Below are positions 24,401 to 36,400 of a stretch of 64,000 nucleotides of DNA, one piece after another (positions within the stretch are counted from its first letter, which is position 1; each line of letters begins with the position of its first letter). Source of the DNA: Laetmonice hystrix (taxonomy: Eukaryota); NCBI GenBank assembly GCA_965235115.1, contig OZ249451.1, positions 12,028,001-12,092,000 on the forward strand, read 5' to 3'. A program made the translations under genes and the position numbers. The notes beneath the pieces are model-generated. The model was not told the origin of the DNA. It saw only the letters and a list, made by a program, of their open reading frames with translations, and made no database searches.

Positions 24401-27400
24401 CCTGCAACTGCCAACCACCCGGATTCTTTGCTGTGGCGCGACCCAATAGCAGGCTGTTGGGTGTGAAGATGGTGACATCCGAGTCATCCTTGGATCGTAC
24501 TCCAATTGGCCGTTCATTCAAGAGGTTAGCAACCTCTGTACAGACTGTCATGAGCTCTGGTACAGACAAGCGCTGGTTGTGGACAGCGAAGTGGATTGCC
24601 CTCTTGGTGCTCTTCACCAGAGACTCGACAGCCCCCTGATGCCATGGGCTGTCTGCCGGCCCAAAGATCCACTTCAGTCCGCTGTCTGAACCTTTTTTCA
24701 CGACCCTGTCACGGTCAAGGCTCTCCCAAGCCTCCCTGAGCTCCCGTTCTGCACCAATCAGCTGGGATCCTGGGTCACTGTAGATGGTGTCTGGCCAACC
24801 ACGGATGCACGCAAAACGGCTGAGAGCCATGAGGAATGAGCTGGTGTCATACCCAAAGACAACTTCGATGTGGACAGCTCTCATGACCAAGTCAGTGAAA
24901 ATGACTCCATATGCCTTGCCACTGGTGCGCTTCTGTACTTCTCCCCTTACACGGTAGGGGCCAAACAAGTCCAACATGACCTTGCTGAACGGCGGTGAGG
25001 GTTTGAGCCGGGCTTCCGGCAGTGGAGCCATCTCCTGCTTCAGGAAGACGGCCTCTCTCAGTCTGCATTGCTGACACTGATGTTTGACCGACTTGGCCAG
25101 CTTGTCACCATGTGGAACCCAGTACTGCTGCCGGAACTTGGCCAATGTCGCGTCTCTGCCACCATGCCCAGACCTGTGTGCACGCTCCATGAACAGACGT
25201 GTTCCCCGATGGCCAGGTGGCAATAGCTTCTGTAGGTTCGAGTCCAATGTCATGGCGTTGTGTTGGATCAGGCGAGTTCCAACTACCCATTGGCCTTGAC
25301 CATCCTGAACTGGTAGGAGCCTCCCAAACCTCCCACCGCTTCGTCCTTTTCTGTCTTTTTTGTTTAGTTCTTCTTTGATGGAGGCTTGCAGGTCACTCAC
25401 AATGAAGTCCTCAGCATCTCTGAGATCCTGTGGACTCACCAGTACGATCCTTCCACCATGAAACGTCTTGTGCTTCGCAATGTTTTTAATTCGGGCGATG
25501 ACCCAAATTAACTTGTTGATGTCGCTGACCCTGCTGTAGTCAATGAGGGCAGCACTCGCCTTTGTTGCTGCAGAGGAGTAGACCTTCTTCTCTCCGGGCA
25601 GTGGATCCCTCGTCTGTAGGCCAAACTTCAGACCCCACTCCACAGCAGGCTGATAGAGAATTGGTGGGCCTTTCCACCAACTCGAGTCCTCATCAAGATC
25701 CCGAGGCAATCGACCTCTGGTTAGCCAGTCTGCAGTGTTGTGCTTTCCAGCCATCCAAGCCCAGCATCCCATTTCACCGTCTGTTGCTGCTTGGATTTCG
25801 CCCACGCGCACACCTTCATAAACCTTGAAGCGAGTGCTTGTCTTGTTGATCATATTCAGTACCGTTTCTGAATCAACGATTTGCAAAACTTTCTCATACT
25901 CGAATCTTGTTTCCAGTTCGATCACTTTCCTCCCCCTTTTTGACAGGAGAGCTGCGTTCAGCTCCATCTGGGGAGTTGAGAGTCGGTTAATTGGGGCTAT
26001 CCTACACTTTGCCATGATAAGCCTGCACCAGTAGCTCCCATCCTTCAGCTGCCACCGGATGTACGCGGCGAATCCATAAGCCAAATCACTGCCATCACTG
26101 AGAATTATCAGCCAGGGGCGTCCAACCGCGTCTCGTGGGTGCAGGCAGCGTTTCAGCTCCAGCTGTTCCAGCTCAAACATTGATGTGAAGAAGTTCACCC
26201 ATTTGTCCCTTAGATCATCTGGAAGTTGGTCATCCCATCCAAGTTTCTTCATCCAAGTCTCCCGCAGGTAGATCTTCGCCCATAGCGTGAAGGGACAGAC
26301 GAGTCCAAGTGGGTCATAGATCCTCATCACCTGCTCCAAAACTATTCTCCTTGTCAACACTGATGGTAGACATCTAGGGAGGTCTTCTTTCGATAAATCT
26401 GTCTCTGTATGCACTCCTCTCCTTTTCTTGGAAAAGTTGAGTGACACCTGATACACTATAACGTCCTCTTGTGGCTTCCAACCAAGGCCAAGCACGCGGA
26501 GATTTTCATTGCTGCCTTTGAGCATGTCCCTAAATGGCCTCCCGCTCTCCTCTTCTGGAGCTTCACCATCCAGGTCACCACCTTTCCGCGAGCCAGCATC
26601 GCCACTGAACTGCCAACACTTTACCTGAAACCCGCCTTTGGAGAGCATGTTTTCGGTAGCTCTTGCCACTTTTAGGGCCTCAGGCTTGTCCTTGAATGAG
26701 TCGATCAGGTCATCTACGTAACTTGACTTTCTTAGCAGGTCAGCTGCAGCGGGGCTGTCGTCTTCAAATCTACTTGCCGTCTGATACACGGCCTCAGAGC
26801 TGATAGCAGGTGCAGGGGTGTCGCCCATGTTGACACGCTCCATAACAAAGACTTCAGGCTCCTTGCTCTGATCCAAACCCCTCCATAGAAAGCGATGACA
26901 ATGTTGCTCCAGAGGCTTCAAGTAGATGGAGTTGAACATCTTTCTTATGTCTCCCACTAAGGCAATTTCCTCCTCTCTCCAACGAAGCAGTATGCCGACC
27001 AAGTTGTTCATATAGCAGTCTGGTCCCTTTGCCAGGCAGGAATTCAGGGATGTCCCCTTGTAGACTTGACTGGAGTTAAACACTATTCTCACTGGTGTGG
27101 ACTGTGAGTGAGAGTTGACCACAGCTAGATGACTGATATAAAACTTTGGGCCCTTCCAGCTCTTCATCTCCTCCTTGGACAACTTACGCGCCACTTTCCG
27201 GCAAAGCATGTCTTGGATCTGTGCTTCGTACGTAGCTGCCCACTGATCATCCTTTTGAAGCTTGTGCTCCGTGTTTCTCAGTGTCCCCAAGGCTGCACCA
27301 TAGTTGTCAGGAAGCGTAGCTGGGTCCACTAGCCAGGGGTAACTTGTTATCCAACGAGAGTTGACGTCATCATACTCCAGATTGTCTCGTATCATTTTCA

Positions 27401-30400
27401 ACTCTTGTTCCTCTTTGAATGAGTAAGTCTGCCCCACTGTCGGACATTTTCCACAGCGACAGGCACCACAGCGCGGGGTCGTCTCAGTCGCAATCTCTTC
27501 TCCTAAAATGAAATCAGTTATCCGCCCCTCAGCACCCTTCCTCCACACCGACTGTGTGGTGTGTGCAGCCGATGGCTGATCTTTATCAGCGTCCTCACCT
27601 GGTTCATCACTCAAGGCTGGCTTGCTTTGGATAACCATTGGTGCTTCTTGTACACTGACATTAGGATCTTCACTTGGTTTACTATCCCTCGTGTCCACGG
27701 GATCGTCAAATGAGGCTGCATCTGATGCACACCTCGCCGGCTTCATCACTGAGAAAGTCTCAGATGTCCAGCCCCTCTCGAACTCCGGATGTGAAAACTT
27801 GCGTAACTGTACATTGAAGGAATCGCTCTTCAGTCTGACCTCATGAACCGTCTTGGCCAGGTTCACATCCATGCACGTGTCTTCCTTTAACTCGGGGTGA
27901 GCTCCTTGAAGGCAAATGCCAAACTCTCCATTCATGATGCTGAGATGATCTCCCGCCCTAATGATTTCATGCTTGGGATGAAGACCGAAATAATCACAGC
28001 CCAGTAGTATATCCACTGATGTTGACCGGCGCTGGAGTGCTTCTGGTTCATAGTCGGGAAACAGTCTTGTTATCACCTTGAGATCCAACTTGCTCACTGG
28101 ACCTGTTATTCTGTCCATGCCAAAAGCGATGATCTCCACTTTCCGTCCAGCCTGGGTCATCAATGGTATCTTATACTGACAAGTTTCATACTGTTTCTCC
28201 ACGCCACCCATTGTTGTAACATCCAACGTGAGACGCTGCAGTTTCTTTACCTTGAGTCGATCGGCAGCTTGATGAGTGATGTAGGTTGTGTTGGAGCCAC
28301 CATCACAAAATACGGTAACCGACTTGCCACTCCCCGAAACTGCTGCGTGCTGTATGGGATACAGCGCCATGGTGGGACTCTGTGCTGTGTGACTCTCAGC
28401 TGTTGTACGATGGTAATCAGACTCCCCAGTACGGCCCATGCACAGCAGGGGGTGATGTCCATGCCTGCCACAGACCGAGCAGGCCCCGTTTACAGGACAC
28501 CTGCTCCTCCGGTGGTTCCCAAAACATCTAAAGCACGCACCCACTTGCTTCAAAGCTTCATACTTTTCATTTCTGGGCATTCTCTGAAATTCCTTGCACT
28601 CCTCAGTCACATGCTTCATATTATCTCTGCGGTGAGCTGGGAAAGCACAGTTGTGAAACTTGATCTGTCCACTGCCCTCACCGTGGTGAGACTGACCACG
28701 TGCTTGCTGGGCAGAGATCCCTCTGCGACCTTCGTCTCTACCTCGGTAATTACAATCTTCTCTTCTTTTATGTTGCATCTCAGCCATTCTCATGACAGCA
28801 GCACGTTCATCGTCCAAAAATGTCATAAAAGGCACAAAGGGTCTCATCCTCTCACCTTGCGTAAGTGTGCGCTGTTTCCTAACCCATTCAAGCCTCAGGT
28901 GCATTGGCAGAAGTGAACTGATGTGGTCCACATCTCTCATCGTCAACGCGTTTAACTCTCCCAGTTCCTCCAGCTGGCTGTATGCGGCTTCCACCTCGTC
29001 AACAAGCGCGATGAGGCCACGGTAATCCTCCGCGTTAACATGTTTCAGCTGGATGAGACTGTCTAGTGCCGCCTGGACACTTGCACTGGTGTCATTGTAA
29101 TAGTCTTCGAGCTTTCTCCACATTATATCATATGCCTCGGGCTTGGTGATATACACGGACTTGATTCTCTTACTAGCCTCTCCTTTTACGCTCCTCTTCA
29201 ACTCATACGCTAGTGCCTTTTTATTTTCATATGTGTTTTCAGCTAGCTCCCTCCAGACAGATCTGAATTCTGGCCAGTCTTTACGCAGACCAGAAAATGT
29301 GGGTAACGCAATCTTGGCTAACCTGATGTTACTGTGGGCGCTACCCGTGCTGAACGCTGCATGTGTTGGGCTGCTGATGAACGGTTGATTAATCGGCGAC
29401 CATCCTGCGTACGGTGCATACACTGGAGCAGTGGCAGGCCCAACGGATACCAAACTTGTCGCAGGTACATGTATAAAGTTCTGAGCAGCTGACACACTGG
29501 AGACACAGGCTGGGCTACCTGCTGGGAGTGATGCCAAACTTGTCACAGGTATAAAGTTCTGATCAGCAGACACACTGGCATGGGCAGGGCTATCCGAAGT
29601 GAGTGATGCCAAACTTGTCACAGGTATAAAGTTCTGAGCAGCAGACACACTGGCATGGGCAGGGCTATCCGAAGTGAGTGATGCCAAACTTGTCACAGGA
29701 ATAAAGTTCATATCAGCAGACACACTGGCATAGGCAGGGCTATCCGAAGTGAGTGATGCCGAACTTGTCACAGGTATAAAGTTCTGATCAGACACACTGG
29801 AGACATAGGCAGGGCTACCTGAAGTGAGTGAGGTGCCACCGCCCAACGCAACACCAGCTGTTGTTACTGCCATTTTCGCCTTGCTCCTGGTCCACTTCAA
29901 TTCATCCACATTCGCCATGACTCGAGATTCGTCTTCAAGCTGTTTCTTCAGTACTTGGCTGGCAAGACTCTTTAAACAACTTCTTCACAAACTCAAGTCA
30001 GGTGTCGTAGTAGATACAATAAATCACGGACTGTAGATGTGTCGTTCTGCAGCACACTGATGGTCATATGCGTATGTCACAGTTCACTTGGATGTGCTGA
30101 GGGCAGGCCGATCAGCAAGTTCGCATAGGCCGTGGAGTCACTTTGGCTGTAGATCCGCTTAGTTAATTAAACTGTACCGGGATTCCATGGAGGAGCTCCC
30201 AGTAAGCGTAACAGAAACGTCCCAAATGTCCATTGACACTCAAAACATTCCGTTTAATTAACTTTGGGGTACAATTGCACGTAATCCGTGTAAAATAGCA
30301 GAGTAGTTAAAATGTCCGTGTGTACTCTGGAGTGGGGTGATGGTCACTGACCACTCCAGCACAGTTTCTAGTCTAAGTAAAAAGTTCTCACCGAATTTAG

Positions 30401-33400
30401 ATTAAATGTCTGGGAAAGTACTTAAAATTACTGGGGGGTTCGTATGACCCGGTGGAGGTCAGAGGTCAAACTGGCCTGAACCTCCACACGCAGCGACACG
30501 TTTGACATAGTGCAGCTGTTCATGAATGTATGTAGTTTGTGTGAGAAAAAGATGTCCAAAATGTCTCTGTGGCTATAGTATAATCCAATACAGTATGGGT
30601 CATGATATCTCAGCGGTCCAAGCGGGTCCACATGGAAAGATATAAAGTACATCTAAACATGCCCGTTTACTGACTGCCATTCAGGGGCAACGGTTTATAA
30701 TAATGTGAAAAAGTAATAGCTAAGGTCATGACTGAAATCAGAATTTTATTCTCCTCAGCATGATTTATTGACTTGAAGTTTTCCCTCTTAACGTAGATCT
30801 GAAATATGCGCCATCATGGCTTAAAGAAGTTGTGCTCACATAAAACTACACGGCCTGTGTATATAAACAAAGTGTCCGGGCACGGCTGTTCTTAACCTCC
30901 ACTCGCCGAGAGCTCTCCTGTTTGGTATAACTGACAGATCCTAAAGCGGACGCATCTACCACAGACGATCATCTCTAAACACAATATTTATTCATTTTAT
31001 CATGTTTTTCCACATCATCGTTTGGAGAGGTAATGATTTACCGAACTACAACTCGAGTTTTGATTGGAAATAATTCGAGTTTTCGCCGGCACTTTATCCC
31101 AAAGACACGCGCCTGCTATAAGCTTTGGTATGGTCGGCGCCTGTCTGTACATGGGGAAACCAGTCATAAATAGACAGTTTACTGTTAGACAATATTGTCT
31201 TAGAAAACAGCGGATGACCTTTAAGTTACTGAAATGATCAACTACGTTGTTTTCTGACCTAAGTCCGTTTTGTATTTAAAGGTCCTCTTTTTCAGTTTTC
31301 TTTTCGATTTACGCAAAGATGACAGCAATGATGAAAGTTCAAAGAAATCTCCGGTATTCTCGATCATTAGGCCCAATTAAAATGTCCGACTGGATGAGAA
31401 GTGGGTTCTTTCTGACGTTTTGGGGCCAGGAATATATTGTATATTGGCGAAAGCGACAATAGGCTCACCGTAGATGGAACCCTATACATGTATATTCTTA
31501 CCTTAAAACGGTAGGGAAAAAACTATGCTTACAATTTCATACGTGTCATCCTGAAAACCATGACAACCTCCTGAAAGGGGTTAATATAAAACTTGATCAT
31601 TAAGTTGGTAAATATAAGGCGGAGCACTTTACCTACGGTTAGCAATTACCAGACAACATCAAACGGTATGCAGCGTAAAGGTTAAATAATAATATTATAT
31701 ATGGACGGTTACAGAGATGATTTTGAATTGCTCTAACCATTAATGAAAACTAATCTGAATGGTTTGTCATTCGACGCTCCGTCAAGGTCTGTGACATTCT
31801 TTGGTCCACTGAATTTGGACATCACTATGTACGCATGTCTAACCGGCACCATAGTGCAAGATATAATCAAAACTCTTGGGTCATAATTTAAAAAAAAACA
31901 CAATTGAATAGAAATGTAACTCGAACATTTAGGCGCATATTTTTGAACAGGCCGACATAGAAGAATGTACATACAAGCAATTGCCCTTGATCGTTTAGGC
32001 ATTAAAAGAATTTCGCTAGCGCATTTATCGTGTGACTTTGATAATGGTACTGGACAACTCCTAATGGAGCATTTACTCTGATCTAGGAAGAAACTAGCTT
32101 TACCGTTAGTTAAAAAAACGAATAATGATTTTTTTTCTATAAATGTACCCCTCTATAATTTATTAGTAAGACGTGCCTCACCTGGTCTGCAATATTCGGC
32201 AAGTATACCAACTATATGTGATCCTTTCAAGAAAGTCTTGTTCAATTTCTTTATGAAAAAAAAGAAAGTCTTGTTCAAGAGATACAATACATTGGTGTAC
32301 AATCGGACGCGGAGATGGTACTTATCCACAATTACTCATGACACCCACCTTTTGTATGGTACACACCTTATTGCTAATGTTGCGATAGCAAAGTGTTACT
32401 TCAGTCTCCCGATTAAAGAGCACCAATTGCAATCCTATCTCCCGTTGGAAACTGACACCTGTCGAATTTAACAACAACGGTCTGGGATCCTAAAAAAATG
32501 TCTGAGTTGTGGTCTGAATAGACAGGTCAGGATGCAGCAGGGTAAACTGTAGACAAAGTGTTGTCTTACAGGTTGTGCCTACGTGTGGCTGGACGGACCC
32601 TGGTAAGGTATAGGGACGCACAGAGGGAGGTTGATATTGAAAGTTTGTCCAAACCAAGTGTATAGTTGTGACATGTAAACGTCTCACACAGGGACATGGT
32701 GGGCACTGCTTGCTGTTCAACATCAGTTTGAATGGTTTAGATGAGATCTTGTGGCATAGAGTGAGTGAATGCATGGGGGGGGGGGGGGGGATGCCATATT
32801 GCAGCCATACTCGGAGAGAAAAAAACTTTCAAACTTGCTCAGTCATGGGACAGTATAGCCTACTCTCACAGACACGGCTGGTCATACCAATACTTTGGTA
32901 GCCCAGTTGCGGAGCACTGGGGAAGGCCAGTAACAGTTGCGGAGCACTGGGGAAGGCCACAGAAGCGGTATAGAGGAGTGATTCAAATACATCCGCTTCA
33001 TAAAGCTGATCCTTCAACCTTCACCCCATGCGTCACCCCTTACAAACACCTAGGGGTGCTCACATTAAGGTTATAAGTCTATGCATGCTCCTACAAGGGC
33101 AAGCACTCGGAGAACATGACGAAGACACGAAAGCGCTACATGTTAGCTAACAATTACTCCTATTTGTTCATTCCTAATAAGTTGGTGGCAAATGTACTCG
33201 GAATATAACTTGTCGCTTAAGATCACGACGTTCTGTTTTGAATGGATTCCTTTTGGTAATATCTCTAGGCGCTATCAATGGATCCTTTTATCCCATGTAG
33301 AATTTCCTTAATTCCCGCTTCACAAGGAATGCGTTGTTAGTTGGTTAAAGAGGATCTTTTTTAGCAGTGTCGTCAGATCGGGCTATATTTGTGAGGAAAT

Positions 33401-36400
33401 CCAAGCCACCGGCAGCAGACATGACCTATGACCTCACCCTGAGGACATGCATGTCAACCAAGCGAAGTTCCACATCAGTCGTAACATGGCGAGCACACAC
33501 ACGGTAATTTTTATTCAAAGATGTTCCCCGCCTGTTCTGCTTTGTCAGCGAACCCAGAACACTTGCACACCCGACTGCTCAGGATGAGAACCAGCATAAG
33601 GGGACCCGTGAAAAGGCCAAAGCTTTAAGTGCAGCGCACTCTGGTCAGAGATACAGAGGCTTTCAGGATGTAGAGGGCACGGGAGTTACTAACTTCAACC
33701 ACAAAAATCCACGGAACGGTAGGCTACTTGGTCGCACTCGTACTTTGACGTACACTGAATGACGTGTACTGAAAAGACAGACGCCTGAATGTGTTAAATG
33801 GTAAGGACTAGAAAGATACTTGGGCAGATATAGGGCCTACTTGTTCTTCTCATCTACACATCTTCAATAAAACTCAACCATTACGTAGGCAGGGTCTTTC
33901 GTCCCGTCTACATCAAAGGATTGGGTATGTTATCACGTGATCGTAGGCGAGATGAAGGTGACGTATCGCCATTGTGACGTCATAGTCATACGACGATTTT
34001 AGTACAGATCTGGGATAAACTGGTCAGGAAATGAGCAGTTTAACGTCAGTGACTATCTTTACAGCAGTCTGGTTCTGTTATTAAATCGGTTGTTTACAAA
34101 GGTAATATTACTCAGCAGGATTCTAACTTACGATTTACTTTATGTCCTACTTGTTATTCATCATGGCACCATACCAAGCGACCGATCGAATAATTGGCAC
34201 ACCAAAAAGATTTAACCAGACTGTATTTATATAAGCCGTGACATGCATTTAAAATATTTTTTCCCGATATTTTTTGAATTCTAAAGAAGGCTATCGCCCC
34301 TTTTCTATGTCAGTATAGTACCACTTTCGAAAAATAATGAGACTTTCGGTTTTATTCTTGATTTCGCATGAATCCACAGGAGGGGCTCTGATGACTCCAG
34401 TTTCGGGTGAGGGTGGGATTAAGGGGTGTGAGAGAAGGGGTGAGACATACGACTCAGCAACAAGACTCGGGAGCACGTCCCTCATGAGACGCCTGACCGG
34501 TTCCCAATGATCATCGAAATTCTACCGACCTCGATCCAAAAACTTCCTTCAGTTCTGTTATCGACACGTTGGGCCATTATTCTGAATTCACAGGTAAAAT
34601 TGCTCATGGCCGCACGGCACTCTCTCGTTAAAAAGGGGGAAATAGGAAAAAACGGGGAGAATGGTTTATCGTACAAAATAAAATATGCACTAAGATATAC
34701 CTAAGTGGCTGTTTACAATGACTAACACCAATTGAAGCAGACCGTAAGAAATGCCAGATTGATCTTCTTTGTACTTCGGTCTTTGTTTGATGTTATTATG
34801 AAAGGTGTCGAGGGCGTTCCAGATGTTGCAGAGATATCATTGGTTATGAAGAGTCACGTGATTATGCAGTCAGTAAACATCCCGGATGTTCAGGTTCTCT
34901 TCAGATAGCGGGCCTCCACTAACATGCCGAGGACTAGACTCTATGACTGATCGTTTTCTTTGGTTCCTTTATGAAGTGGAGGTTTTCTTAGTGGCGCACC
35001 CACTTTTGTGTGACAATGAATTAGAAGCCGGCAAAAAAGTAGGCCCATCCAAAGAAATAAAGATAAAAACATATGTAGGTTTCCCAACTATTCATGAAAA
35101 CGTTGCCAAGTAATATGGTCTGAGAATGTCACATTTGTTTGGTCTACATATAGTTAAAAGTCACACAGGGATTCTTCTATTTACGTCGTCGGAATTAACA
35201 CGTAAACATTACGTCAGCCAACACTCCGCCCTGACTACTGCATGAAACAGCTGAACATTCAAAATGGTATGTCATGAGGTTTCAATCATCAAAAGAATCT
35301 TTAAAAGAAACTCGACAGACGCGCGGCTTGCCAGTAAGGGCTGACAAGGGTTGGTCAGTGTCAGGGTCTTTCTCAGGTCATTGTGACGTCACAGAATGGC
35401 CGACACGTCATCCGAATATCTTGGTAAACCGTAACACAAAATGTTGCTCTTATGGGAACGCTGTGTGACAGTACTGCTATTCATGACTAGTACCTAATAC
35501 TAGTGTCCATTCGATTGTAAATCACACGAAGACATAATGATCCTTTATCGTTTTGGATTACTATGGGATGGATCACACGTTACGTAGGGTTGTGTTTCGG
35601 ACGGTACTTTATCAAAGACGCTTGGGTCTTTAGATGAAAATCCGGGATATCCATTTTGTAGAATCAAATTACCATTAATTTATAGACGTACGAGATAGGG
35701 GGTCTGCCACCTCTGGCTATAGAGTCAGATAGCTACTAGACAGGTTGTGACGGTTTCGATGAAATAAAATCTACGGTTACAGTAGTCGTATCAACTATCG
35801 TGGCTCTAAGAAAACAACTTTGCTGGGTAGAACGCAGACAATAAGCGGTTCCTTTCGTAGAAGTGATTCAAGTCTGCACTGTTTACAAAAATCGTTTTAA
35901 AGGTGAGGGGATGGCTGACTTTCTAACCTATAGTATCACGAGGATAATGCAGGTAAAAACATCCAGTTAAATTCTCCCTGACCATTTCTCCACAACTGCT
36001 CAGATCTGCAGACCTCAGAACTATGGAACCAGCCAGTAACTATTTTCATCCTGACAGTCGCCATTTTATCTCTCAACTGCCCTCTAGTGGAGGTTAGGCG
36101 AACCACTCAATAACGAGGCACACAACGCACTACATGGGCAGCAATACATGACATCGCCAAATCCAAATGAAATTATATAGCACATAATCTTTTTACTCTA
36201 TAAAGTTGGAGTGGAACGATTTGGTCCTGGCAATAGTGCGGACACACGTATCATCACGCTGGCTACATGTTGGCTTGGCCGGGGACGAACGCAGGTTACC
36301 AGGGTAACGACCCTCATAACGTCGTGATGCCTGGAGGCCAACGACAGTCATGCTATGTCACTGTGTGCGTTGTTCAGGCGATCTTCACAACATGATCGGG

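Larger units (their letters stand above)
23542..30592 (-). mobile_element. Full-length BEL/Pao LTR retrotransposon (7051 bp)
   Basis: Two 420-bp direct LTRs with TGT...ACA ends, flanked by the 5-bp duplication GTATG (23537-23541 and 30593-30597); single Gag-Pol ORF in Pao domain order. Confidence 0.97.

Noticed and set aside
24311-30036. Many short ORFs overlapping the Gag-Pol on other frames or strands
   Set aside because: Shadows of the long ORF with no recognisable motifs; no evidence for an env or antisense gene.
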